Assembly (NCBI GenBank): GCA_963828735.1
Contig: CAWHFW010000005.1
Span: forward strand, 2,692,838 to 2,756,837
Origin: an uncultured Gemmatimonadales bacterium
Lineage (GTDB): Bacteria > Gemmatimonadota > Gemmatimonadetes > Gemmatimonadales > GWC2-71-9
Direction of reading: 5' to 3'
Length of the DNA stretch: 64,000 nt
The notes beneath the pieces are model-generated. The model ran no database searches. It saw only the letters and a program-made list of their open reading frames with translations, and was not told the origin of the DNA. A program made the translations under genes and the position numbers. Below, piece by piece: positions 24,595-39,558 of this stretch (the first letter of the stretch is position 1; the number at the start of each line of letters is the position of its first letter).

Positions 24595-27360
24595 ATGGCC
24601 ACCCGGAAAAATGCGAACGCGTTGACTGCCGCGGAGAAGGAGGAACTCGTCCGCGCCTTCGTGATGATGAAGGCCGACCCAGTCCCCGGAAGGCCCTACA
24701 ACTGGTTCGATGCGTTCGCCCTCATCCATCGCTACATCCAGAACGTCAACGCTCCCGCCGTGCCCGGCGGCTCGCCTGCGAAGGACAGTGTCAACTTTGG
24801 CCACCATGGTGCGGCCTTCACGCCTTGGCACCGCTACTTCCTCTATCGCTTCGAACGCCAACTCCAGGTGTATGTGCCGGGCGTCATGCTGCCGTACTGG
24901 GATTGGACCGATCCGGCACCGAACATCATGGTGCCGACGTTCATGGGCCCAAATGGCCTCGCGACGAACAACTGGGAAGTGCGCCAAGGATATTTCGCCG
25001 CGAATGCGCCGGGCAGCGTCGACAACCTGATCCCCAAACCCGCGTGGTGGCCGGCCGGACTCGCCGGCTGGACGCTTCCGGCGGCGTGGGGTACCTACGC
25101 TGGCGCGCTGCGACGCAGCGTGCGGTCGGTGTCGGCGCTGCCGTCGGCCGACGCGATCCGGCAGACCCTCGATACGCCCAGCTACCTCAACTTCCGCGGC
25201 AACCTCGAGACCGGAGCCGGGGTGCCGGGCACCATGCACAACAGCATCCATGGTTGGTTCGGCCCGAACTCGCACATGCTGCTGGCGTTGACATCGGCGT
25301 CGGATCCGATGTTCTACCTGCACCACGCCAATATCGACCGGCTATGGGCGATGTGGCAGATGGACGGCCACGGTGCCGAGTACCCGCCAGACGGTTCGGT
25401 ACGCCAGGCACCACCGCCTCGACCGACCCGATGTATCCATGGGTGGCGCCGTCGGCCGGCTACGTTGCCAACGGCACGCTTCCCGGCGTTGCCGCAGCTT
25501 CCGGACTATTCCGCCGAGCCCGCAGTGACCGCAGCCGACGCGATGGACCATCGTGCGCTCGGCTACTCCTACGACACGATGGTGACGATCGGTATTTCGC
25601 TGGATCGCACCGGCAGCATGCTCGGACTCACGCCCGACCCGATGACGGGCATGGCCGATGTCAGCAAGTGGGTGGCGGCAAAGCGAGGGGTTTCGGCATT
25701 CCTGCAGGACTGCGAAGCGGCATACCAGGCGAACGAGGCGTACGTGGTCGCCGGCGTAAAGACCTTCCGGCAGACGACCACCAACCAGCTCGTGCCCGTG
25801 TTCGCTGGAACGTCTTACGGGGTGGTCAAGGCGTCCGGCGGGTACAGCGCCGCCGCCTTCGATGCCGCCATCGCGGCGCAGACGGTCGCGACGGGCGATA
25901 CCACGCCGATGGCCGCGGCGCTGACCGATGCGTTCAACACCTTGGTGCAGGCACCCTTCGCCGGAGCGCCCGCGGACGAACGCCGCTACCTGGCCGTCTT
26001 CAGTGATGGAATCCTTTCGTCCGGATCCGGACTTTCGACGATCCCGAACCACAGCCTGGCGCGGACCGCCGTGTTCGCGATGGGTTTCGGCAACGCCGGC
26101 CAGGTGAATTACACCACGCTGTCCAGCATCGTCGCGAAGGGTGCCGTGACGCTCCCGACGCCGCAGGTCTTCCACGGCGAAAATGCGGGACAGATCGACA
26201 AGTTCTTCTCGAAGGTGCTGGCGGATGCGCTGGGCTATGCGCCGGTGATGGATCCTGCGCTGGAACTCTTCGCGGGCGAACACGTCCACCTGCCGTTCAC
26301 GGCGACGTCGGCCGAAGCAGCGTTCTACATCACCGCGCAGGGTGCGGACTTCGACGGCGACGCATGGTCGTTCCAGTTGATGTCCGCCGACGGAACGATG
26401 TTGTATTCCGACGGCATCGCGCCAGCCCACGATCACGACAGCGGCCATGTCCACGACGGGGGCCGCGCGCCTTACGTGAGCGCGCGGCGCAGCGCAGGCC
26501 GGCTGACGCTGTTCGTACAACGAAACAACTGTGGCGATTCCACGTGGATTGGCGACTGGATGCTGCTGGTCGCGCGCCGCGCACTGGATTTCGAGGGAAT
26601 GGTGATGGTCGGTCCGGGCCCGATGTTGTTTCCGGTGGCTGCAGGGCCCGTGCGCGGCCCCCGGTATGCGCGGCTGCTGCGGGACCCGGCCGAGCGCCAC
26701 CCTGCCCGTCACATCGCGGCTCCGGCGAGCAACGTGCTGGATGAAACGATCAATTCCACGAACCGTTCCCACGACGCCTGCATGGTGGTCGTGAACATCT
26801 ACGCCAGGACGACGCTGCACTTCGACCTGGCGGTGGATGGAGAATGCACAGGCAAACCCCTGCGCATCGATCTCGTCTCCGATTCCGGTGCCGTGGCGAC
26901 GGTGACGCAATCGGCGGTGCGCGCGGTTTCCCCGCGCGTCGACCTGCGCTCACTGCTATCCGGAGGGTCGTGTCCGGAAGAGGACAATTCAGAAGACGAC
27001 CCCGAAAACGATGCCACGCTGTTGCTCGCAAGGATCGAGTCGAAGGAGCCGGACAAGTTCGCGCCCCTCGACGAGGCCGGCGCGCTGGTATCGCATCACG
27101 GAGGCGGCTGGCACTTCCATCTGGAACGCACCGACGTTCCGGGTGCCTACCACTTCGGCGTGATGATCAGCGGCACGTACACGCCATCGGCGCCCGCCCG
27201 GGACGATCCCCCGCAAGCCCATCTGCACGAGGGCGCAGCGCACGACCAGCACGCGGGCAGCCCCGTGGACTCCGGGCGTCACGACGGGACGCTGCAGCAG
27301 CGTGCAGAGTATTTCAGTCGAATCCTGACGGTTTCGACGGGGCTCTCCGACTCGACTTGA
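24595..27360 (+). CDS. Tyrosinase (type-3 copper) fused to a vWA domain and His-rich C-terminal domains
   Basis: CuA: LIH...GHHGAAFTPWHR; CuB: MHNSIH...DPMFYLHHANIDRLW; vWA: ISLDRTGSM, TTPMAAAL, VFSDG, AMGFG; His-rich HDHDSGHVHD. Confidence 0.85.
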   Translation: MATRKNANALTAAEKEELVRAFVMMKADPVPGRPYNWFDAFALIHRYIQNVNAPAVPGGSPAKDSVNFGHHGAAFTPWHRYFLYRFERQLQVYVPGVMLPYWDWTDPAPNIMVPTFMGPNGLATNNWEVRQGYFAANAPGSVDNLIPKPAWWPAGLAGWTLPAAWGTYAGALRRSVRSVSALPSADAIRQTLDTPSYLNFRGNLETGAGVPGTMHNSIHGWFGPNSHMLLALTSASDPMFYLHHANIDRLWAMWQMDGHGAEYPPDGSVRQAPPPRPTRCIHGWRRRPATLPTARFPALPQLPDYSAEPAVTAADAMDHRALGYSYDTMVTIGISLDRTGSMLGLTPDPMTGMADVSKWVAAKRGVSAFLQDCEAAYQANEAYVVAGVKTFRQTTTNQLVPVFAGTSYGVVKASGGYSAAAFDAAIAAQTVATGDTTPMAAALTDAFNTLVQAPFAGAPADERRYLAVFSDGILSSGSGLSTIPNHSLARTAVFAMGFGNAGQVNYTTLSSIVAKGAVTLPTPQVFHGENAGQIDKFFSKVLADALGYAPVMDPALELFAGEHVHLPFTATSAEAAFYITAQGADFDGDAWSFQLMSADGTMLYSDGIAPAHDHDSGHVHDGGRAPYVSARRSAGRLTLFVQRNNCGDSTWIGDWMLLVARRALDFEGMVMVGPGPMLFPVAAGPVRGPRYARLLRDPAERHPARHIAAPASNVLDETINSTNRSHDACMVVVNIYARTTLHFDLAVDGECTGKPLRIDLVSDSGAVATVTQSAVRAVSPRVDLRSLLSGGSCPEEDNSEDDPENDATLLLARIESKEPDKFAPLDEAGALVSHHGGGWHFHLERTDVPGAYHFGVMISGTYTPSAPARDDPPQAHLHEGAAHDQHAGSPVDSGRHDGTLQQRAEYFSRILTVSTGLSDST

Positions 27361-27577
27361 AGGGCGGCTCGAAGCACTTTCGACGGCCGTACGCCGTGGT
27401 GCGGCTTCCCGCATCGATCGCTTTTGACGGGTCGAGCCGCATACGTGGCGGCGGCTTGCACCGCAGCGCTGTCCCCGCCGGTCCGATCGTGGCCGAGCGA
27501 ATGCCTTTCCGGCATAATTACGGGGCTAAATGCGGTGATTTCGCCCGCACCTCCCCTTCCCTGCCCGGAGCCCTCGC

Positions 27578-30345
<2,768 letters not shown>

Positions 30346-30360
30346 GAGCGTCGTAAACGC

Positions 30361-30397
30361 TCGCCCGGACAAGCGCAGCCGCGCCTTGTCCGGGCGA
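30361..30397. terminator. Hairpin downstream of acnA
   Basis: TCGCCCGGACAAG...CTTGTCCGGGCGA, a perfect 13-bp inverted repeat with no U-tract. Confidence 0.5.
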
Positions 30398-30549
30398 CAG
30401 GCGTCGCGTGCACGTCCCGGCGGCACTGCGCGCGCCGTCGCATCGATTCGGGATCGTCTTGTCAGCCCCGGGAGCCTATGCTCCAATCGGTGCGCTGGCG
30501 TACGGTGTGATTTCGGCCGCGGCTGGCATCAAGACCAGCAGGGGCTCCG

Positions 30550-32235
30550 ATGCAACCACGTCCGTGGCTCGCGCAGTATCCGGCCGGAGTGCCGGCCGAA
30601 ATCGACGTCGACGAGTTTCCGTCCGTCGTGTCGGTGCTGGAACGCGCGATTTCCCGCTATCGCGATCGACCCGCGTTCGCCAATCTCGGCAAGGTCCTGA
30701 CCTATGCCGACATCGACGAGGCCAGCGCGCGCTTCGCCGCCTACCTGCTGGGCGCGCTGAACCTCAAGACGGGCGATCGCGTCGCGATCATGATGCCCAA
30801 CTGCCTGCAGTACCCGATCGCGACGTTCGGCATCCTGCGCGCCGGGCTGACGGTGGTGAACGTCAATCCGTTGTACACGCCGCGCGAGCTCAGGCACCAG
30901 CTGGTGGATTCGGGCGCCACGGCCATCGTGGTGCTCGACAACTTCGCGCACACGGTGCAGGAAGTGATCGCGCGAGACCGCAGTTGCGAGCATGTCATCA
31001 CGACCGCGCTCGGCGACATGCTCGATTTCCCGAAGCGCGGCATCGTCAACTTCGTGCTCAGGCACGTCAAGAAGATGGTGCCGGACTTCGACTTGCCCGG
31101 CGCCGTTCGCTTTCGCGATGCGCTCGAGCTCGGTGCCCGGCAATCGCTGCCGCCGATCGTCTGCGACGCCGGAGGACATCGCCTTCCTGCAATACACCGG
31201 CGGCACCACCGGCGTGGCCAAGGGCGCGATGCTCACGCATCGCAACCTCGTCGCGAACATGCAGCAGGCCGCGGCGTGGATCGTCAACAACGTGCGCGCC
31301 GGCGAAGAAGTGATCGTGACCGCGTTGCCGCTGTACCACATCTTCGCGTTGACGGCGAACGGCCTGGTGTTCATGAAGCTCGGCGGCCTGAACCACCTGA
31401 TCACCAATCCGCGCGACATGCCGGGCTTCGTCAAGGAACTCTCGAAGATCCCGTTCACCGCGATCACCGGCGTCAACACGCTGTTCAACGGCCTGCTCAA
31501 CACGCCGGGTTTCGACAAGGTCGATTTCTCGCACCTGCGCCTGACGCTGGGCGGCGGCATGGCCGTGCAGCGCGCGGTGGCCGAACGCTGGAAGCAGGTC
31601 ACCGGCTGCACGCTGGTCGAGGCCTATGGCCTGACCGAAACCTCGCCGGCCGCATGCATCAACCCGATGGACATCAGCCGGCTACAACGGTTCGATCGGC
31701 CTGCCGGTCCCCTCCACCGATGCCTGCATCAAGGACGAGGACGGCGCCATCCTGTCCGCCGGGCGAACGTCGGCGAGCTGTGCATCAAGGGCCCGCAGGT
31801 CATGCGCGGCTACTGGCAGCCGCCCGGAGGAAACGGCGGAGGTCATCGACGCCGACGGCTGGCTGCACACCGGCGACATGGCGCGGATGGACGAGCGCGG
31901 GCTTCTTCTACATCGTCGATCGCAAGAAGGACATGATCCTGGTGTCCGGCTTCAACGTGTACCCGAACGAGGTCGAGGACGTCATTGCGATGATGCCCGG
32001 GGTGCGGGAAGTCGCCGCCGTCGGCGTCCCGGACGAGAAGTCCGGCGAGGCGGTGAAGGTCGTCATCGTGAAGAAGGACCCGGCCCTGACCGCCGACCAG
32101 GTCAAGGCCTATGCCCGCGAGTACCTCACCGGGTACAAGCATCCGCGGTACGTGGAGTTCCGCGACGAGCTGCCCAAGACCAACGTGGGCAAGATCCTGA
32201 GGCGGGAACTGCGGGAAGCTCCGGCGGCAGGCTGA
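30550..32235 (+). CDS. rpfB: Long-chain fatty acyl-CoA ligase RpfB (frameshifted)
   Basis: LQYTGGTTGVAKG, EAYGLTE, GWLHTGD, DRKKDMI, LPKTNVGK; lies between acnA and rpfF. Confidence 0.92.
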   Translation: MQPRPWLAQYPAGVPAEIDVDEFPSVVSVLERAISRYRDRPAFANLGKVLTYADIDEASARFAAYLLGALNLKTGDRVAIMMPNCLQYPIATFGILRAGLTVVNVNPLYTPRELRHQLVDSGATAIVVLDNFAHTVQEVIARDRSCEHVITTALGDMLDFPKRGIVNFVLRHVKKMVPDFDLPGAVRFRDALELGARQSLPPIVCDAGGHRLPAIHRRHHRRGQGRDAHASQPRREHAAGRGVDRQQRARRRRSDRDRVAAVPHLRVDGERPGVHEARRPEPPDHQSARHAGLRQGTLEDPVHRDHRRQHAVQRPAQHAGFRQGRFLAPAPDAGRRHGRAARGGRTLEAGHRLHAGRGLWPDRNLAGRMHQPDGHQPATTVRSACRSPPPMPASRTRTAPSCPPGERRRAVHQGPAGHARLLAAARRKRRRSSTPTAGCTPATWRGWTSAGFFYIVDRKKDMILVSGFNVYPNEVEDVIAMMPGVREVAAVGVPDEKSGEAVKVVIVKKDPALTADQVKAYAREYLTGYKHPRYVEFRDELPKTNVGKILRRELREAPAAG

Positions 32236-32389
32236 CCGGTCCCAACCCCCCATTTTTCGCCACGCCCGCAGTCAGAAATGCTTGCGGGCGTCTCATTTTG
32301 GGAGCATAGATTCGCGGTCGGACGCCAGCACCTTGCCCTAGCCGTCCCGAAACGCGACCGATCGGGCGGCCACCCCTCGGAGAGATCCC

Positions 32390-33274
32390 ATGTCAGTGGT
32401 CCAACCGTTTCACCGCGTCAACACCGGCCAGACCCTGCGTGTCGTCGAGGATCCCGAACGCGGGATCTACTGGTGCAACATGCACGCCAACCTGGTCGCG
32501 ATGCCCGGTCGCGCGTGTTTTTCGACGCAGCTCGTCGACGACATCGTCGACTACCAGCACGACCTCGCCGAGCGCCTGCGCATCGAGCGGGCCCAGGCGA
32601 TCGACCGCCTCCCGCACGTGGTGCTGGCGTCCGACAACGAGGCCTTCAACCTCGGTGGCGACCTCGACCTGTTCTGCCGCCTGATCCGCCTCGGCGATCG
32701 CGCCCGCCTGCTCGACTACGCCCGTCGGTGCGTGGTCGGCGTGCACGCGTTCCATGCCGGCCTGGATGCGGGCGCGCACACGATCGCACTGGTCCAGGGC
32801 GACGCGCTGGGCGGCGGCTTCGAGGCGGCGCTGAGCTGCCACACCATCGTCGCCGAGGAAGGCGTGCAGATGGGGCTGCCTGAAGTGCTGTTCGACCTGT
32901 TCCCGGGCATGGGCGCCTATTCGTTCCTGTGCCAGCGCATCGCGCCGCAGCATGGCCGAAAAGCTGATGCTCGAAGGCAACATGTACGACAGCGAGGAAT
33001 TGCACCGCATGGGGCTGGTCGACGTGCTCGCGCCGCGGGGCCAGGGCGTTCGCGCCGTCGAGGAAGTGATCCGCAACAACCGCCGCATCCCGCACGCCCG
33101 CGTCGCCATGCACCAGGTGCGCGCGCTGTCGCAGACGGTCACGCCTGCGACGAAATGATGCGCATCACCGAGATCTGGGTCGACACCGCGTTGCAACTGG
33201 GGGAGAAATCACTGCGCACGATGGACCGGCTGGTACGTGCGCAGGTCCGTCGCTCCGGCGTGGAGGCGGCCTAG
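32390..33274 (+). CDS. rpfF: DSF synthase RpfF, enoyl-CoA hydratase family (frameshifted)
   Basis: GRACFS, FNLGGDL, ALGGGFEAALSC, LPEVLFDLFPGMGAYS, LRTMDRLVRAQ. Confidence 0.94.
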   Translation: MSVVQPFHRVNTGQTLRVVEDPERGIYWCNMHANLVAMPGRACFSTQLVDDIVDYQHDLAERLRIERAQAIDRLPHVVLASDNEAFNLGGDLDLFCRLIRLGDRARLLDYARRCVVGVHAFHAGLDAGAHTIALVQGDALGGGFEAALSCHTIVAEEGVQMGLPEVLFDLFPGMGAYSFLCQRIAPQHGRKADARRQHVRQRGIAPHGAGRRARAAGPGRSRRRGSDPQQPPHPARPRRHAPGARAVADGHACDEMMRITEIWVDTALQLGEKSLRTMDRLVRAQVRRSGVEAA

Positions 33275-33282
33275 GATGCGGC

Positions 33283-35492
33283 TCAGGGCGAGCGTTCGCC
33301 GCCGTCGACCACGGTGCGCGAACGCTGGCGGGCGTCCAGGATCTTCCTGCCTTCCGCCAGGCGCTCGCCCAGGCCACGCAGCGCGGGTCGGCCATTCGTC
33401 GGCAACCTGACGCTCGGCCAGCCGCATCAGTTCTCCCGCCACCGCTGCAAGCTTGACCAAACCGAGATTCCCGGCGACGCCCTTGAGGGCGTGCGCCTGC
33501 TCGCGCACGGACTCCCAGTCGGCCTGCCTGCCGGCATCGGTGAGGGCTTCGATGCAGGCGTCGGCGTCGCGCATGCATTGCGCGATGAACTCCCGTTCGA
33601 AGTTGTTGCCCAGGCCGAGCGCGCTCAGTTCGTCGAGCACCGTGCTGTCGAACACGTCCTCGCCGGCATAGCGCGGCGCCGCGAACGTCCGCGAACGACC
33701 GGCTGATCGCCCCATTGGCCGCGATGTCGGCCAGCGTGTCCAGCAGGCGCGTCGTCGAGACCGGCTTGGCGAGGAACGCCCGGGCGCCAGCGCGCTCGCA
33801 GGCCTGGATCGCATCGGGCGTGACGTCGGCGCTGAGCACGAGCACCGGCGTGCGCGGCCGCCACCGGCTTCCATGACGCGCAACTGCTTCAGCAGGTCCA
33901 GGCCGCTGATTCCTGGCATGTGCAGGTCGACGATCACCGCGTCGTAGTCGGCCGCGGCCAGCAGGTCGAGCACCTTTTCGCCGCCTTCGACGCAGACCGG
34001 GCGATGGCCGGCCTTCTGCAGCAGGCGCTGCACGACCATGCGGTTGGCGGCGTTGTCGTCGGCGACCAGCACCGAGCAGGCTCCGCACCCGCGCGCGATG
34101 GCGCAGGAACGGATTGGCGAAGGCGATGACGTTTTCGCCGGGGCCGTGTCGCGGCGTGCGGCACCGGCGGTTGCACGACTCCGTCTGCCTTTCCGGCGCC
34201 GCGGCCTGGGGACGTCGGCCGTCGCCACCGGCGCGAACGGCAATTCGACCCAGAACCGGGTGCCCTGCTGTTCCGCGCTTTCGAAGCCGATCGTGCCGCC
34301 CATGGCTTCGGTCAGGCCCTTGGCGATCGTGGTTCCGAGGCCGGTGCCGCCGTGACGCCGGGCCAGGCCGGCGTCGGCCTGCTCGAAGGCCTCGAACAGG
34401 CGCTTGCTGCGCGGCCATCGGAATGCCGATGCCGGTATCGGTGCACCGTGAAGCGCAGGCGCACGCCCGCCGGCATCGCTGGCCGGCGATCGCGACGTCC
34501 AGCCGGACCGAGCCGCTGTTCGGTGAACTTGACCGCGTTGCCCGCGAGGTTGATCAGGACCTGCTGCACGTGCGCCACGTCGCCACGCAGCATGTCCGGA
34601 ACGTCGTCGGCGACGCTGTCCACATAGAGCAGCTGCTTGGCGCGCGCCTGCGGCTGCAGGATCAGCGCGACGCTCTGGACCAGTTGGCGCGGTGAGAACT
34701 CCGACGGGCTGAGCTTGAGCTTGCCGGCCTCGATGGCGGAGATGTCGAGCACGTCCTCGACCAGCGCCAGCAGCGTGCGCGTGGAGGCCTGGATGGTGTT
34801 CAGGCATTCGCGCTGTTCGGAATCCAGGCGCGTCGTGGCGAGCAGTTCCGACATGCCCGCCAGGCCATTGAGCGGCGTGCGGAACTCGTGGCTCATGTTG
34901 GCCAGGAACTGGCTCTTGGCCTGGTTGGCGCGGCGCGCATCGTCGATCGCGCGGTCGAGCGCGTGGAGCAGCGAATCGAAGTACAGCGGCACGGCCGACC
35001 AGGCCGATCAGCAGGCCCCACGACAGGAATGTATTGGCCCGCCAGTACGGCGAGATCGAGATCACGACCGCGAACGACACCGAAGCCATCGCCGTGGCGA
35101 CCCGCAGGTAGCGGTTGCCGTAGCGCATGCCGTTGCCGATCGTCACCCACAGGAACACGGCATACAGCGGCGAGGCTTTCTCGCCTTCCAGCGACATGAT
35201 CGCGCCGATCGCGCAGTAGTCGGCGAGCATGCCCGATCCAGCGCCGGACGTGCGAGACGCCGGGCTGCTCGATCGATGGCGACGAGCAAGCCGAGCGCGA
35301 CCGCGAACTCGCCCGACCAGGATCAGCCAGGTCGTCAGCAGCGAGCCCGTGCTCTGGTGGTGCGTGTACTGCCCAGCCGAGGTAGGACGCGAACAGCGCC
35401 GTGATCACGATGCGGATGAGGTTCTGCGCGTGCTCGCTGTCGGGCCGGTTGGACAGCCGCGACCTGAGCCTGGCGAAGAGCGAACGCATCAT
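33283..35492 (-). CDS. rpfC: DSF sensor hybrid histidine kinase RpfC (multiple frameshifts)
   Basis: [39 protein letters not shown], receiver DLHMPG, Hpt AHALKG. Confidence 0.92.
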
Positions 35493-36597
35493 TCGATGCC
35501 TGGGCGCTTGGACACTGCCGAATACCGCGCGCAGATGTCCTCGAGCCTTGCTCGCGGTTGCGCAGCAGCACCTCGACGCAACGCGGATCGAACAGGATCC
35601 CCGCCTGCGCGTCGCAGGTATTCGAGCGCATCGTCCAGCGTCCAGCTGGGCTTGTACGGGCCGCGGCGACAGCAGCGCGTCGAGCACGTCGGCCACGGCG
35701 ACGATGCGCGCCTCGATCGGAATCTGCTCGCCGACCAGGCCATCGGGATAGCCGCTGCCGTCGTAACGCTCGTGGTGGCGCAGCGCGATCACCGCGCCGA
35801 TCTGGATGAAACGGTTCTGGCTGCCGCTGAGCAGCTTGTGGCCGATATGCGGGATGCCGGCGCATGGTGCCGATCTCCGCTTCGTCCAGCGGGCCGGGCT
35901 TGAGCAGCACCGCATCGGGGATGGCGATCTTGCCCATGTCGTGCAGGGGCGCGGCCAGCTCGATCAGCCGCACCTCGTCCTCGAACATGCCGAGTTCCTC
36001 GGCGATGAGTCCGGCGATATGCGCCATGCGCTCGAGGTAGGCGCTGGTGCCGGCGTCGCGGTATTCGATCGCGCGCGCCAGCCGCGACAGCGTCTCGCGT
36101 TCGCGCTCCTCGACCTCGTGCATGCTCGAGAGCAGGCGCTGCTCCAGCGACATCGCCCGTTGCTTGACCGACTCGGACTGCTGGCGCAGCTGCAGCAGGT
36201 TGCGGCAACGCGCGCGCAGTTCGCGCGGGCGCACCGGCTTGACCAGGAAATCGATCACGCCGGCTTCGAGCGCCGCCTGGCGGATCGGCTCGTCGCCGAC
36301 CACCGTGACCAGCACGATCGGGACGTCGCGGTGCATCAGCGGGCGGCGGAATCGGCGGGCGAACTCCAGGCCGTCCATGCCCGGCATGCGGTAGTCGAGC
36401 AGCAGCAGGTCCGGACGGTTCTGCTCGCACCAGTCCAGGGCCGCCTGCGGTTCGCCGAAATCCAGGACCTGCAGTTCCGGGCTGATGTCCTCCAGGATGT
36501 GGCGCAGCATCGTGCGCGCGGACGTCTGGTCATCGACGATGACAATGTTCACCGAATGATCCCATTGCACCGGCGCGCGGCACGCTTGCAAGGCCAT
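35489..36597 (-). CDS. rpfG: HD-GYP response regulator RpfG (frameshifted)
   Basis: [35 protein letters not shown]. Confidence 0.93.
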
Positions 36598-36763
36598 GGC
36601 CAGGGTCCCCTACGTTGACGGATGGCGTCAGGCATCATCCGGAGCAAGAAGGATGCCACGCAAGCGTCGCCACGCTGGACCCGATCCGCGTGGGCGCCTT
36701 CCAATGGCGGTCAGATGATGCCCTATTACGGCAATCAATGCCGTAGCTTGACGACCCGGTGCG

Positions 36764-38291
36764 TCAGCCAGCCGTCTCGGGTCGCATGTAGGGGAACAGC
36801 AGCACGTCGCGGATCGAGGCCGAGTCGGTCAGCAGCATCACCAGCCGGTCGATGCCCACGCCGAGCCCGCCGGTCGGCGGCAGGCCGACCTCCAGCGCGC
36901 GGATGTAGTCGTCGTCGTAATGCATGGCTTCGTCGTCGCCGCCGTCCTTGGCCTCGACCTGGGCGCGGAAGCGCGCGGCCTGGTCTTCGGGGTCGTTGAG
37001 CTCGGAGAACCCGTTGGCCAGTTCGCGTGCCGCCGACGAACAGTTCGAAGCGGTCGGTGATGCCCGGGTCGGTGTCGGACTCGCGCGCCAGCGGCGATCA
37101 CCTCGACCGGGTAATGGGTGATGAAGGTCGGCTGCACCAGGCTGGCTTCGACCGTCTTCTCGAAGATTTCCAGCAGCAGCTTGCCCCAGCCGTAGGCCGG
37201 CTTGACGTGGATGCCGCAGGCGCTGCGCAGTGCGCGCGCGAGCGCATCGCGGTCGCGGCAGTCGGCGCGCGCTGATCTCCGGGATTGAGCTCGCGCACGG
37301 CATCGTCCATCCTCCAGCGACGGAACGCCGGGCCGAGGTCGATGTCGTTGCCTTCCCACTGCAGCGCCGTGCGTGCCGAGCGCGTCGCGGGCGACATCGC
37401 GGATCATCGCCTCGGTCAGGTCCATGACCTCGTCGTACGTGGCGTAGGCCTCGTACAACTCGAGCATGGTGAACTCGGGGTTGTGCCGCGTGCTGACGCC
37501 TTCGTTGCGGAAGTTGCGGTTGATCTCGTACACGCGCTCGAAGCCGCCGACCACCAGCCGCTTGAGGTAGAGCTCCGGCGCGACGCGCAGGTACAGGTCC
37601 AGGTCGAGCGCGTTGTGGTGCGTGGTGAACGGCTTCGCGGTCGCGCCGCCGGCGATGTAATGCATCATCGGCGTCTCGACTTCCAGGAAGCGCCGCGCAT
37701 CGAGCCAGCGACGCATCGCGCGCGATGATGCGCGAGCGCAGCACGAACACGTCGCGCGCTTCCGGCGTCACGATCAGGTCGACGTAGCGCTGGCGATAGC
37801 GCTGCTCGACGTCGCTCAGGCCGTGCCACTTGTCCGGCAGCGGCCGCAGCGACTTGGTCAGCAGGCGCAGCGTGTCGGCCTTGACCGACAGCTCGCCGGT
37901 CTTCGTGCGCATCAGCGTGCCCTCGGCGGCGACGATGTCGCCGACGTCCCAGCCCTTGAACGCGTCGTAGGTGTCGCCCAGCGCGGTCGACTGCAGGAAC
38001 AGCTGGATGCGCCCCGACACGTCCTGGATCTGCGCGAACGCCGGCCTTGCCCATGACCCGCTTGGCCATCAGGCGGCCGGCCAGCGCGACGCGCCTGCCC
38101 TCGCCTTCGAGCGCTTCGCCGGTCCAGCGCTCGGCGTCGGCGTACGCGTCCTGCAGGTCCTGCGCGTAGTCGGCGCGACGGAAGTCGTTCGGGAACGCGA
38201 TGCCCTGCCCGCGCAGCGCGGCGAGCTTCGCGCGGCGCTCGGCGATCAGGTGGTTTTCGTCTACGGGTTGCGCGGAGGCTTCGTCGGTCAT
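36764..38291 (-). CDS. lysS: Lysyl-tRNA synthetase (multiple frameshifts)
   Basis: [47 protein letters not shown]. Confidence 0.96.
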
Positions 38292-38395
38292 TCGGTGCTC
38301 GTCATTCCCGCGAGGCGGGTCTTTGACAGACGGATGTCTGTCCGTCCAGTGTCATCTATCTGCGGGACGCAAGTCAACTGCGCAAGCATAGCGCC

Positions 38396-39527
38396 CTACG
38401 CCGCGTCGCTGCGCTTCGACCCCGCTTCGAGCCCGGCCTTCAGGCTGGCCTCGATGAACTCGTCGAGGTCGCCGTCCAGCACCTTCTGCGTATCGCTGCG
38501 CTCGATGCCGGTGCGCAGGTCCTTGATGCGCGATCTGGTCGAGCACGTAGTTGCGGATCTGGCTGCCCCAGCCGATGTCGGACTTGGTCGCTTCCAGCGC
38601 GTCCTTCTCGGCGTTGCGCTTCTGCACTTCCAGCTCGTACAGCTTCGCCGCCAGCATCTTCATCGCGCGGTCGCGGTTGGCGTGCTGGCTGCGTTCGGTC
38701 TGGCAGGCGACGACGGTGTTCGTCGGCACGTGCGTGATGCGCACCGCCGATTCGGTCTTGTTGACGTGCTGGCCACCGGCGCCCGAGGAGCGGTACACAT
38801 CGGTCCTCAGGTCGGCCGGATTGATGTCGATGTCGATGTCGTCGTCGACTTCCGGCGAGACGAACACCGACGTGAAGCTGGTATGGCGGCGGTTGTCGGA
38901 ATCGAACGGCGACTTGCGCACCAGCCGGTGCACGCCGATCTCGGTCTTCAGCCAGCCGTAGGCGTAGTCGCCTTCGACCCGGAAGGTCGCCGACTTGATG
39001 CCGGCGACGTCGCCGCCGCTGACTTCCAGCAGTTCGGTCTTCCAGCCGCGCGCCTCGGCCCAGCGCAGGTACATGCGCAGCAGCATTTCGGCCCAGTCCT
39101 GCGCCTCGGTGCCGCCGGCGCCGGCCTGGATGTCGACGAAGCGCCGAGTGCGAATCCATCTTGCCGGAGAACATGCGCTGGAATTCGAGCTGGTCGACGC
39201 CGCGCGCGTAACGCTCGACGTCCTCGACGATCGCATTCGCGGTGTCCTCGTCGTCTTCCAGCTCGACGAGGTCCAGCAGTTCGCCGGCGCCGACCAGGCC
39301 TTCGCTCAGGTTGCGGATGCCGTTGACGGTCTTGTCCAGCAGCGAGCGTTCGCGGCCCAGCGCCTGCGCGCGTTCGGAGTCGTTCCAGACGTCGGGACTT
39401 TCCAGCTCGCGATTGACTTCTTCCAGACGCTCGACCTTGGCGTCGTAGTCAAAGATACCCCCTGAGCGCGTGCAGCCGGCCTCGTGAGGTCGGCGATGCG
39501 CTGGCGGACGGGATTGAGTTCGATCAT
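38396..39527 (-). CDS. prfB: Peptide chain release factor 2 (programmed +1 frameshift plus error indels)
   Basis: [41 protein letters not shown]. Confidence 0.96.
39445..39463 (-). promoter_or_regulatory. RF2 programmed +1 frameshift site
   Basis: Minus strand AGGGGG-TAT-CTT-TGA-C: internal SD plus the canonical slippery site. Confidence 0.93.
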
Positions 39528-39558
39528 GGGTTTTTCGCGGTAATCCAAAGCGTGAATT

